A DNA stretch of 64,000 bases, taken from assembly GCA_020137815.1 (NCBI GenBank), contig CM035355.1:1674001-1738000 (forward strand). Direction: 5' to 3'. A model generated the notes under the pieces. It had not been told where the DNA came from. It worked only from the letters and a program-made list of their open reading frames with translations, and searched no databases. The DNA is from Hormiphora californensis. Taxonomy: Eukaryota; Animalia; Ctenophora. Made by a program: the position numbers and the translations under genes. Below are positions 14,483 through 25,530 of this stretch, one piece after another; within the stretch, counting starts at the first letter, position 1, and every line of letters begins with the position of its first letter.

Positions 14483-15637
14483 GTAAAACCACGGGTACTT
14501 GTTTAGACAACCTCCATTGTTTACAGCCCTCCCGAGAGGTGTCTGCAGTGCAGTAGTAGTCCCCGTCTATAGCCTTTTTGAATAAGGTGGTCTACTGGTG
14601 TTGTCGTGTTAGTGCTAACAATATGGAGAACATGAACAATGGCCGTCAAGTGTTATACTTGGAGTGATGGAAAATATTGAAAGCTCTGTCTTACAATATG
14701 AGATCTCCATGTCTTTCAAACATCTCACCTGAGAGCTTCCCGCACATTGTTATTCTGGCTGGTTGTAAGTAGACCGGGTAAGAGTTGTACTGCATCAGCA
14801 GCTTAACATGGCTGTCTTTATGATCACTATCTCATTGTTAATCTGGCAGCACCACATGGAATCAGTGGGTCTATAGTAAACTACATCTAGTGGATCTGGT
14901 ATCTGGTATTCTCTCAACAAGGAATTACAATTCTCAATCATCATGTTGGACGGGGACAATATTCTTGTTCACCTGCTAAATCCACCACATGGTTCTGTTT
15001 CACCTTGCCTAGCTAGACAAATGTAAAGCAGGGTTAGAACATAACAAGTTCCACCATGGTCTATGATAGAGCTGTCAGAGCATTGGCCTGACAACTATAA
15101 AGTGTTATTCTATCTCTCTGAGGGCTACCCTGGCCAACACAAAGAGAGGAAATCCAAATACCAAGCTTCCCACAATGTAACGTCACATCAAGTATCAACC
15201 AAGACCCTCAAAATGACAAACCGATACCTGATCCAGCTCATATATCAACATAACCTTAGAATAACATTTGTTTAGGCCAGAAGTAAGATCAGCAGTGTAA
15301 TACCCTGCATGTCGCTCGGTGTCCGGGTACCACTAGTGGTTGACCTACAGCGGAGTGATGGACACTGGACGTGCTGGGTTCAGGGTTGCCTATAATGTGT
15401 GTCAGTTCGGTGCGGTCAGTCATCCTGACGGCGTCAGTGACGACTGACGCAGCAATCGCAAACAACAAACAAACCCCTGTACTATAAACTTTGGTTACGA
15501 AATAATCCCTCCAGACACCTTCGTAGGGCGCGCTTTGCTCTGGCAAGGGAGGGTGAACTTCGTAATACCAATATCTCTATTATAATTTGGAGATGAACGA
15601 CGTCGAAGTGGTGGTCGTTCGTTAAGCGGTATCTAAG

Positions 15638-18600
15638 AAAAGAAAAGATAGAACAAATTTATAATGTCATGTTATACAACATCTCGCAAAATATATAGAA
15701 ATAGGTTATACTAATAACGTGATTTATAAAAGGAATAAAGGTACTAGATTCATATCTATTAGATCAGGATAGAATGGTAGAGACCCTCGGTAGCCTCGAA
15801 TTTGAATAAGTACTGATTTGAGGATGCAAAATGATAATCGTAATCTAATGTATCTAATGGCGTCATTATAGCTTTGTTTCGACTTAACCGAGTACAAGCC
15901 AGCCAGACGCTTGTAGAACCGCTCTGCTTCTGGTCCGAATGTTCCGATTGTTGAGAACACAAGTGGGGTGAAGGTAGCTCGTTCCACATTTAGGATTCTC
16001 TCCCCATAAGGCCCTTTTCTTCTGACCTTCATGGATCTCCGCAGTTTTCTCGATGGTGTTAATTTGATTTGTTGGTGCCAACGAGTTAAATATACGGATG
16101 TCCGCAAAGATCTTGTCTCCCTTAGACCAGAAATTTCTTCCAGACACGTCCAGTCTTGCCATTTCCCTAGTGTTGCTGTTTTTATTTAGTTCCTCTCCAG
16201 TAAGGGGCAACAGTGTTGGCTCGATCTTTACGTCCCCGCATCCGGAATTTTTCATCATTATTGCGGTGATGTCTCGGACCTGGTTGTGTCTAGCATTTGT
16301 GTATCCACCACGCATGCACGATAACAAGTGTTCAATAGTAGCTGATTCCCCACAGCCGCATGTCTCACTGATATCAGCAAGTGGGAGCATGTACCTTATG
16401 GCTAACGCATCTTTAAACTCCTGCTTGTTCAGGACAAATCCATACTCTCTGATAGGCAGAGTGGTGAGCCAACTAGAAGTTCCCGGCTGCCTGAGATCTT
16501 CAATTTGGCGTCTGAGTGGTCCATCGACTTCGGAGATAATGTTCTCTAGTTTTTCCAATGACTCTTTTTTCTTGTTCTTGGATATTTTCTTGTGTTCTTC
16601 GTTCATTTCTTCTTGTTGCTCTGCCCATTCCACATCGTTTATCTCAAGTTTTTGTTGAATGATATTTTTTACTTGAGACGTTGTAGCATTTTTCGAAGCT
16701 TGAAATTCTCTGGTCGAGATTTCCACTGGATCAAAAATGTTGAGTCCTGTGTATTTTGTCGGAAGCTTTGTTATTTCTCTGATTAATGTGTTGACTGGTC
16801 GTCCAAATATCCGTGGGATAAACACTTCGTTAATGCACTTTTCTAGTGGCTCAAACTTTTCCTTGACATTAGGTGTTGTTCTCATTAGAAAAAGCCATTG
16901 TTTAGAAAGCGCAAATGTGTAAGCAGCGTAGGCTCCTTGCGGATTTGTGAGCGCCACCTCGCTCAGATTTTTCAGTTCCTCGATCCATGTTTTGATTTTG
17001 TCTTCCACAAATGTTTCCACGAAGGCATCTGTTCCAATTGCTGTTCCCAAATACCTCTGTCCCTCTGTTGTTAAATTGATCTCTGTTTCCCCAAATATCT
17101 TTTCTGCGACTTCCAAGTGTTCCTTCTTTACTATCAGCCACGACTTCTTAGCATTGGGGAAATATCCCAGAGCAGGTCCAATAACGTTAATCTTGTCCCA
17201 CCATTTCCTCAATTCTGCCAATCTTCCACTAGCGGAGCTGTCATCTGCGAACCACGTCTGCCTACACCTGCACTCGGCCAAATCTCTAACCAAAGCTACC
17301 GTGCTAATTGAATAAAATGCCGAGGCTAAGTTGCACCCCTGAGTGGTGCCTTCTAATGACATAATAAAGGACCCATCAAATAATATCAATTTACATGGGC
17401 TACGATAAAAATTAATAAGAATTATCGAAAAAACTGGGCATAGGTATCTCATGTTAGCCAACGCAGTAACTCGATTTAAACAATTAAATGCGTTAGTGGC
17501 ATCTACTAGAATTAGACCCTCTGTTTCGCCATCTTCGAACATTTCTCTAATGGCATGTGCGGCTGCTTCTACACCTGATCTCTGGCCTGCACATAACTGC
17601 AGCGGACCAGCTGCCTGTTCAATATCTCTCTTTAAATAAGTACACACACTTTTACCTATAATACGTCTCATAATCTCGCCAATTCCAATAGGTCTAACAC
17701 CTGGTTTCTTGTCTAATCCTATCAATCTACAAGCTAATAATGATTTAAGAGTCCCTGTATCAACAAATTCAACGCATAATCGTCTCGTCATCCTTGCTAT
17801 AGCTTCGCTCAGTTCGTTCGTACTGTTGCCAAAAGATTTCGATGTCAACATGCGTCTCCATAGATTGTTATCCATCCCACTCGGTCCGCACCCTCCTTTA
17901 GTATACATTGCTGCCCTCCGTATCCTCCCTCCATCAAGTTGCTCAAATGTTCCAGGTTCGACTGTTGGGTGCATCGCGGTTGATACTAATCGTTCTACAG
18001 CAATCCTCTGGGGCGGTGGATGTTTTTTCTTCAGTTCGTCTATCAGTTGAGGTGTTACTTGCAGTGGGCCTCCTTGTGCTGTTCTGAGTAGTCTGAGAGC
18101 TGCTGCCACTCTCCCTACCAACATTAGTCTTGAGAATGCAAGATTAGTGTCGGTTTTATTTCCTGCTGTTGATGAGTTTAGCCTACCCTGAATGGCAGTG
18201 GCTTCTGATAATAGCTGATAAAACTGCCCATCTTTCCATTTTTCCAATCTTTTGGTCAAGAGGTCAAAGTGATCTTTGTGTTTACTGTTTTTTCGCGGTT
18301 TCTGTAACAGCAAGGCGCCACTTACATGAATGGCTGTTAGAGCGATACCCTGTAGATCAGTTTTGTCCGTCCATTTATCACATAAATCTTTGATCATCTC
18401 AATGTAGTCCTTTCCAGCCTTACCATTGGGTAATGTAAACAAGTTAGGTCGGAAAGAGGACACCTTCTCGTGAATTTCGTTGAGTGTTGACTCTAGGTTG
18501 CCTTGAAAATTTCCCCACTTTAGCTCAATTTTTGTAGTAACTTTGTCAAAAGATGGAATCTGTCTGCAAGTGATACATTCCCAGTGTGTTCCGTACCTTC

Positions 18601-18987
18601 CGATGTTTTTGAATGTTGCATCGTTGATGTTAGCACATTTGCAATGAAACCACAATTGACACCCATCACATTGGACGCCGTTGTCTACTGTTTTACTACA
18701 CTCGGGACATTTTTCCACTGACTCCATGTTGTTTTGTGAGTCTTGGTAGATATCTCCTAGCAGATCCATTAGTTGGGCTTTCTTCATTCTCTGCGAGTAC
18801 TGGATTCCATGTTCATCTAGTAGAGCCCGAATTTGATTTAGTTCCTTCAGTCTTGTTCCACTCATTATCGACAGCAAAAATTTTGTTGAGAATTCTCAAC
18901 TAAGAAGTGGATGTGAATGTTTAGATCAACATTTGATCTTAATGTCAGGAGCAACAAAACAACAACCAAACCTATCTAAGTATAGTA
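15638..18987 (-). mobile_element. CRE-clade (RLE-type) non-LTR retrotransposon, apparently full length
   Basis: Single long ORF. 11-bp TSD CGGTATCTAAG at 15627-15637 and 18988-18998. The 3' end on the minus strand finishes in CTTTTCTTTT. Confidence 0.88.
15724..18865 (-). CDS. CRE polyprotein: PHD finger, RT, CCHC zinc knuckle and restriction-like endonuclease; 1-bp frameshift near 16009
   Basis: PHD CPEC..VQCDGCQLWFHCKC..WECITC. RT motifs GVRPIGIGE, VDATNAFN, GTTQG, FADD. Knuckle CGCG..HLLSC. RLE RHNQVRD..RLD..ADIRI..HE..KKR continues in another frame as YGERILNVERATFTPLVFST. Confidence 0.88.
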
Positions 18988-19136
18988 CGGTATCTAAGCG
19001 ACAGACTGCTCCTTCATAAAATATGTTTTGCGCCCAAAGCTGTAAAGCTATTGCTCACACTTTTGGGAGTTTGTTATTATTTTAGAACACATTTTAACAA
19101 TTTAGTCTGGGTTCAGTTCCCATAGTTCCTGTTTCA

Positions 19137-19150
19137 GTTGCCATGGCAAC
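19137..19150. promoter_or_regulatory. Perfect RFX X-box palindrome GTTGCCATGGCAAC
   Basis: Exact match to the canonical X-box consensus. Target gene not identified. Confidence 0.45.
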
Positions 19151-19285
19151 CAAATTTCAGTGATCTGTGATTAAAGAGCGCCACCCGGCGGAGCCGGGTG
19201 GGTTTGTGAACAGCCCTTGCTTGAGGCGCACCCATGGGTGTGCTAGTTCAATAAAAACTAAAAGAAAGTGTTCCGCAATGGCAAA

Positions 19286-19359
19286 AGGCTCCACCGAGAT
19301 TCGAACTCGGGATCTCCTGTTTACTAGACAGGCGCTTTAACCAACTAAGCCATGGAGCC
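19286..19359 (-). tRNA. tRNA-Thr (anticodon AGT)
   Basis: GGCTCCA acceptor stem, D arm GCTTAGTTGGTTAAAGC, anticodon arm CCTGT-CT-AGT-AA-ACAGG, T arm with GTTCGAATC, then a TTTT terminator. Confidence 0.97.
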
Positions 19360-19604
19360 GGTGAATAAATGGCAATTGAGAGAAATTTATTCAGAGAACT
19401 TGCCTTGTGCACACAATTTGATGTTGCTAATAACATTCCCCTGTTGCTAATAAGATTCTCCTCTTTAAATGATGTACATACTGTTCAGTGGTTACAGTAC
19501 TTCATTGCACTCGTCAGGTAGACACTAGAGTACTAGACTGCTGCAGCACCATACCAGCCTGCGACATGGAAATGTGTTAGCTGTCAGGACTCAGGGGAGG
19601 CCGG

Positions 19605-20578
19605 AGGGTTAGGTGAGGATTAGGAAAGGGTTAGGGGATGATTAGGGGAGGGTTAGGGGTAGATTAGGGAAGGATTAGGGAAGGGTTAGGGGAGGGTTAG
19701 GGGTAGATTAGGGAAGGATTAGGGGAGGGTTAGGGGAGGATTAGGGGACGATTAGGGAAGGGTTAGGGGAGGATTAGGGGAGGATTAGGGAAGGATTAGG
19801 GGAGGATTAGGGGAGCATTAGGGGAGGGTTAGGGAATGATTAGGGGAGCATTAGGTGAGGGTTAGGGGATAGTTAGGGGAGGATTAGGGGGTTAGGGGAG
19901 GGTTAGGGGAGGATTAGGGGAGGATTAGGGGAGGGTTAGGGGAGGATTAGGGGAGGATTAGGGAAGGATTAGGGGAGGGTTGGGGAAGGATTAGGGGAGG
20001 ATTAGGGGAGGGTTAGGGGAGGATTAGGGGAGGGTTAGGGGAGGATTAGGGAAGGATTAGGGGATGATTAGGGGAGGATTAGGGGAGGATTAGGTGAGGA
20101 TAACACCCTTGTTCCATGGGCAGAATTCGGCCAAATTTAGGCTGAATTACGCCTTTTAGGCCGAATTCTGCGGCCGAATTACGCCGCAGAATTACGCCTT
20201 GTGCACAGGCCGAATTACGCCTAAAAGGCGTAATTCGGCCTTTTTGGTAGCCCCTCGGGAGGGTGTTATTCACACATCTAATTGATCAATGAAATAACTC
20301 AGTAGATCTCTCTTTCACACCATGCTTAACTAGGGCGTGAAAAAACATCTCACACAGAGTTTGTGCGTCTGTGTGTCAGTATTTTTCTTCCCGTGGAACC
20401 GAAGTGCTCACTTTCAAACGGCAGATCCTTTTGCGGAGTTCTGCCCATGGAACTAGGGGGTTAGGGGAGGGTTAGGGGAGGATTAGGGGAGGATTAGGGG
20501 AGGATTAGGTGAGGGTTAGGGGAGGATTAGGTGATGATTAGGGGAGGATTAGGGGAGGATTAGGTGAGGATTAGGGGG
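19605..20578 (+). repeat. Telomere-like G-rich minisatellite (12-mer GGAGG[A/G]TTAGGG), interrupted by a MITE
   Basis: Dozens of tandem degenerate units, nearly all containing TTAGG(G). Confidence 0.9.
20111..20453. mobile_element. MITE inserted in the TTAGGG-type minisatellite
   Basis: 21-bp TIR GTTCCATGGGCAGAATTCGGC / GCGGAGTTCTGCCCATGGAAC (2 mismatches), possibly extending ~8 bp outward. Internal GAATTACGCC repeats. Confidence 0.75.
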
Positions 20579-20803
20579 TGTAACGGTAGGAGTGCACAGA
20601 AAAAGGGTCGAAGCTCGAGCAATACAAAGGATTATGGGATGTGTTAGAGAACTGGGAAGGGAAGGCTTGCGACGTGCCCAAGAAGATGACGGAAGAGAGC
20701 GAGTAAGAAAAAATTGGGATTTATTTCCAGAAAAGGGAATAAAAAGTATCTAAACAACTCAATACAACTCACAATTATATTATATATTTATATCACACAT
20801 ATA

Positions 20804-21871
20804 TCACACATCTGTCTCATTGGAAGGTCCGAATAGTTGACTATACGCTGGTGGTGGAGGATCAGATGAGGCAGGTCCCTTGGTCTGAAGACCAATGTCA
20901 TAGGTATGATCTATAAAATCAGTCCTCGGAGGTGGCGCAGATGCCTCAACGTACACATTTCCCTCTGCACTCTCCCTCCTTGGCCTAAAAGTAAACTCCT
21001 CCTGCACTGGATCATCAGTATTGTCATCATCATTCCCCACACAGTGGCATTGACAACATGATCCCTGACAACATGATCCCTGACAACATGATCCCTGACA
21101 ACATGATTTCAGCCCCTGACAACATGATTTCAGCCCCTGACAACATGATTTCAACCCTTGCCAACATGATTTCACCCCATTTCTACAACTTTTAAAGCAC
21201 CCACCACACATTACCCCACACGGCAGACACGTGACCTGGCATGTAATTTTGGGAAACATACACAACCACACGAGATAACAAATTCCTACAAGGGCTGCTG
21301 GTGCGATAACGGCGGCAGCACCTTTTGCATAGGTGTAGTCATTCCATAACAGTACCGCCCCATCATGATAATAGCAGGTAAACCAGTTATTCAGATCTTC
21401 GTGGACCTCCTGTCTGAGAACCTCCCAGAGTCGCACCAATACCGCCTCGTTCCTAGTGTAACTGTCCGTACAAGGTGGTTCAGCTAAACACCCCTTCTTC
21501 TTCATAGAGAGTCTTGTTATGGCAATACCTTGCTCAGATGTTACATTTTGTGTGTTCTCATGGAAGGGTTTGGAACCGTTGCTACTACTAGATGTAGTAT
21601 CGTACCAGTTGACCAGAATTTGAAGACATGGGTAGTATCCAGTGCAATAGGTTTCATCGTCCCCACAATCACAAGTCATTGTCTCAGCTTTGTTAGGATC
21701 TACCTCCTCTGTAACTAGCTCACACCTTCCCAGTTGGTATTTGGAGCCCTTGAAGTGGTTCGGGGTGTAAAATGCGCCCAGGCCTATCAGGAGGAGAAGA
21801 AGAATTGGTACGCAAATACCCGCTGCTGCACAAAAGAGCTTTCGTATAGGTCGATTTATACAGTGTTTCAT
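20804..21871 (-). CDS. BK channel beta-subunit-like (KCNMB/CaKB family) two-TM protein with a Cys-rich repeat tail; intronless
   Basis: Two hydrophobic helices flank a Cys-rich loop (C.C..D...C.GYYPCLQILVN; PPC; FTCYY), resembling the KCNMB YPCLQV.VN and F.C.Y motifs. Likely start M37 of the listed ORF (21871). The tail has (KS)CCQG repeats and a PPPAY motif. Confidence 0.68.
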   Translation of the reverse strand: MKHCINRPIRKLFCAAAGICVPILLLLLIGLGAFYTPNHFKGSKYQLGRCELVTEEVDPNKAETMTCDCGDDETYCTGYYPCLQILVNWYDTTSSSSNGSKPFHENTQNVTSEQGIAITRLSMKKKGCLAEPPCTDSYTRNEAVLVRLWEVLRQEVHEDLNNWFTCYYHDGAVLLWNDYTYAKGAAAVIAPAALVGICYLVWLCMFPKITCQVTCLPCGVMCGGCFKSCRNGVKSCWQGLKSCCQGLKSCCQGLKSCCQGSCCQGSCCQGSCCQCHCVGNDDDNTDDPVQEEFTFRPRRESAEGNVYVEASAPPPRTDFIDHTYDIGLQTKGPASSDPPPPAYSQLFGPSNETDV

Positions 21872-23028
21872 GGTAACTATGTTGGGTTTGAGAGAGGGGA
21901 GTGAGATATCAGCACGAGAGGAAGATATAAAAACCTTGTTCCAAATATTCGTTATACAAGTACAACTATACAACTGCATTCACTTTGAATCGAACTGTGA
22001 CCACAGTACAAATGAACGTTCATGATACGTTGCACATTATTTATTCAACCCAACGACAAACAACACAGTGTTTTCTTACGAAATGAAGACACACACACTC
22101 AACACTCAACGCATATTATGCACATATGATATATGAAATGTTCATTAGTGCCGGTAGGAAAAGATCACGTGATCTGTAATACTGTGCATGTGACCATGTA
22201 CACACGTGATTTCAGTATAGAAAGAACTCATGTATTATAGCCAACCCAACACAAAGCATGTTGACATGCTCTGCAGCTATTTCTCTCTTTCTCTCAAGGT
22301 AGATGCATCATTGTTTTAGAACTGTATAAGCGGGACACAGTTCCTACTTCCTGCATGCTATATTCTTACTAAATTCCTGTTTAGTTCATTATCTTTGTTT
22401 TGCGGTTCTTTTCAATTAGTCATTTACACATTAAAAACGACTATGTTTCATGTTGTTTAAAAGAAAAGTATGATACAGAATGTGCTAATTACTTTTGTAA
22501 TTGTCTCAGTTCATAATCATTGTTCTTGGAAATATGAGACCGGGGTCCAGCTGTTCCTGCTGTATGGTTGTTATTGTTCATACCACCGCTAGAGAGGAGG
22601 CTCAGAGGGCTCGATATAGACCGGAAACAGAGCCTTCTCAACAAAAACCTCCTAAATCTTCTATTAGTAACGGTCAGAATCACAGCGTTACAGGAGGCGT
22701 TGATGATATAAACATGAGCATTGACAACACCTAGCCAGTCAGGGGGTACCACTTCAAACGTAGGTAACAAGATACGAGCCATGTTGGGCAGATTGGTTAT
22801 GGTGAACAGACCACAAATACTGAACACTGTCACAAAAGCAGTTGTTGGACGTTTCTCACCCGTTTGTTGGAGCTTCAAAACATACCCCAGCAGGCCCAGG
22901 TTGCACACGGTTGTTATTAAAAAGGGTATTAAGATCAGCAGGACGGTCAGGACAAATGCAGCTAGTTTGATAGTCTCGGATCCCTCAGTCCACACCATCA
23001 CACACGTGGAGTAGAGCCTATCATAGGA

Positions 23029-23521
23029 ATTAAAGAGAAACAACGATTTTGCAGTACTAATATTCAATTAAGAACAGGAGCTTTCGACTGATCTATGTCA
23101 GACGTCTTCAGCTATAACAACAATGAAAATGAAAGTGTTTATGTAGTGGAGAAGAGGATATGGGATCCGGGGAGGGGAGGAGAGAGGAAGGGATGAGATC
23201 CGAGAGGAGGAGATGGGGGAGGTGATCCACGGAAAGGGAGAAGAGGTGATCCGAGCTGAAGAGAATTAGGAAACAGGTTTGGGAGATCTAGGTTTGATGG
23301 AGATGCCAGCAGGTCGGGGTTTGAAGGAGTTAGCAATCCTGGGGAGAAGGTGAGTCCATTGGAGGTTGACAGTAGGAACTTTATCTGTTCGGTTAATCGC
23401 CGGTTGAAGAGTGTGAATAGCCGCTTGTTCCAGTAGATTTAGACTGAGGCAGGAGGAAGAAGAGGAGAGGATAGATGTAGAATTCCAGTCCATGGTGTGT
23501 CCAGATTCCCGAGCGTGATTC
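23029..23521 (-). mobile_element. 5'-truncated Penelope-like element (GIY-YIG C-terminus plus terminal repeat region)
   Basis: 12-bp TSD CCTATCATAGGA at 23017-23028 and 23522-23533. Peptide HARESGHTMDWNSTSIL..LNLLEQAAIHTLQPAINR is typical of the PLE GIY-YIG end. A hammerhead motif lies downstream. Confidence 0.85.
23074..23115 (-). ncRNA. Minimal type I hammerhead ribozyme of the Penelope element
   Basis: Minus strand ATAG-CTGAAGA-C-GTCTGA-catag-aTCAGTC-GAAAGCTC-CTGT: CUGANGA and GAAA cores, helix II, palindromic helix III (AGCT), helix I ATAG/CTGT. Confidence 0.75.
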
Positions 23522-23771
23522 CCTATCATAGGACACTGGTACTCTGAGGTACAGTGCCACTCCAATAATGCTCAGAAAGGAGATAGTCCAGAGTGTGCCA
23601 GCAATGATTCTAGCTGCTCCAGTTGAGACAGGGTCCCCTCTCAGCGCACACCGGAGGGATATGACTTAGTTCACTATCTTTGTTTTGCATTTCTTTTCGA
23701 TTAGTTAACTACAATTACAACGACTATATTTCATTTTGTTTAAAAGAAGAATATGTTACAGAATGTGCTAA

Positions 23772-24874
23772 TTACTTTTGTAATTGTCTCAGTTCATAAT
23801 CATTGTTCTTGGAAATATGAGACCGGGGTCCAGCTGTTCCTGCTGTATGGTTGTTATTGTTCATACCACCGCTAGAGAGGAGGCTCAGAGGGCTCGATAT
23901 AGACCGGAAACAGAGCCTTCTCAACAAAAACCTCCTAAATCTTCTATTAGTAACGGTCAGAATCACAGCGTTACAGGAGGCGTTGATGATATAAACATGA
24001 GCATTGACAACACCTAGCCAGTCAGGGGGTACCACTTCAAACGTAGGTAACAAGATACGAGCCATGTTGGGCAGATTGGTAATGGTGAACAGGCCACAGA
24101 TACTGAACACTGTCACAAAAGCAGTCGTGGGACGTTTCTCACCCGTTTGCTGGAGCTTCAGGACATACCCCAACAGGCCCAGATTGCATACGATTGTTAT
24201 TAAAAAGGGTATTAGGATCAGCAGGACAGTCAGCACGAATGCAGCTAACTTGATAGTCTCTAATCCCTCGGTCCACACCATCACACACGTGGAGTAGAGC
24301 CTGTCATAGGACACCGGTACTCTGAGGTACAGTGCCACCCCAATAATGCTCAGAAAAGAAATAGTCCAGAGTGTGCCAGCAATGATTCTAGCTGCTCCAG
24401 TTGATACGGGGTCCCCTCTCAACGCACACCGGAGGGATATGACCCGGTGGATGGTCACGACACACACCAACATGATCTCTGTAGCAGCTAGGGGGTGTCG
24501 AACGTAGGATACCAGGACACACAACACATCACCTGCAGGGAGAAGGATGGGTTAAAATGAATGCGGTTGTAGAGGGTTTCTAATGTATAGCTCCAGGTGC
24601 AGGGCGGTGGATGTCATCATTGCTATACAAGCTGTGCAGCTCTGTAAAATTCATATGAAATGAAAACATCTCTCGATGCAAAGATCACAATGTCACTTAC
24701 CTAGAACCCAATTGTTGATGGCACTATTGGAGACACAGATGGTCAGAGTGGTCACTATGGTCCAAAGTAGATCTGCCACCGTGATATTCTTTACCAACAC
24801 CAGAGAAACTTTATCCAGATCGATAGCGTTGTAGAGAAACGTTCCGTATAGAATCATCCCATTACCGACTATCC
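23772..24874 (-). CDS. Class A (rhodopsin-like) GPCR; exons 24874-24701 and 24532-23772; first exon not located
   Basis: GIVGN (TM1), ADLL (TM2), WVLGDVLC, TIHR (DRY equivalent), IPF (TM5), F.IT.LP (TM6), NA..NAVIL..TN..FR (TM7/H8). Canonical splice sites. Confidence 0.85.
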
Positions 24875-25342
24875 CTGTGAAATAATAACAATTTGAACAG
24901 GGAGAACGGATCTTAAAAACTCTCCCAGGGTTTGTTATATATTTGAACAAGAATAACTGCATTATGTTTCATAATGCTATGTTTCCCCGCCAACCTTTAT
25001 TTTCATAACCATCTAATGGGAAGGCGGGACAGGCATTTCCGATCATCTATGAATCAGTCAAACCGTATAGAACAAATCATTGTGTTTTAGTAGCACTAAA
25101 TTGCGCGCCACATTGCGCGGCTCACATTTCCTGAAAACGTGCCATTGAAGTATTTGATGAAGGAGCAACATCGTTGTCCCTCGCAACTGAGCGGGTTACG
25201 TTACATAAAAAGCGTGACACTTCACTAGTATGTAAAATAAAATTGTCGAATTCTAAACCCCTATGCCTTTTTACAAAAGGCATCCGGGTGAATGCCTTCG
25301 GCATTCACCGGGCGGGGAAATAAATTCGTTAGCTTTGTTGTG

Positions 25343-25373
25343 TTCAACACTACTTTAAACAAATTAATTTGAG
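25343..25373 (+). other. Relic (retrotransposed) spliced leader TTCAACACTACTTTAAACAAATTAATTTGAG
   Basis: Matches the 3' 31 nt of the Pleurobrachia-type ctenophore SL as I recall it. It is followed by TGTTCC rather than a GT donor, so it is not an SL RNA gene. Confidence 0.75.
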
Positions 25374-25530
25374 TGTTCCACTTATAATCGATTGATCCGT
25401 GTTAGAGGTTATTTTCCAATCTTCGATATCTTATAGTTACGTGAATCTCTGTGGGCTTATTAAGAACGTACTGTGAGTGTTTTGAGTTGGGATTTATCTC
25501 TGTCCAGGAGTGTGAGCCAGGTGTTTTAGG

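Larger units (their letters stand above)
22381..23665 (-). pseudogene. Partial tandem duplicate of the GPCR last exon and 3' UTR, disrupted by a Penelope insertion
   Basis: 22381-23028 plus 23522-23665 closely match 23666-24444. The copy starts mid-exon (VISLR) with no acceptor. Confidence 0.85.

Noticed and set aside
15289-15637. Telomerase RNA, RNase P/MRP, SRP or U snRNA
   Set aside because: No CCCTAA-type template on either strand and none of the conserved boxes of these RNAs.
16098-18393. Plus-strand ORFs inside the CRE, and antisense ORFs inside both LINEs
   Set aside because: Antisense shadows of long coding frames with no recognisable domains.
18890-18987. Spliced leader at the CRE 5' end
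   Set aside because: Only a TTGAG pentamer (minus strand, ~18895) is shared; the upstream sequence does not resemble the leaders.
19177-19192. CTCF-like motif AGCGCCACCCGGCGG
   Set aside because: It overlaps a perfect hairpin, and CTCF is regarded as bilaterian-specific, which conflicts with the inferred lineage.
25343-25420. SL RNA gene at either leader copy
   Set aside because: Neither leader is followed by a GT donor or a recognisable Sm site; both run straight into LINE 5' UTRs.
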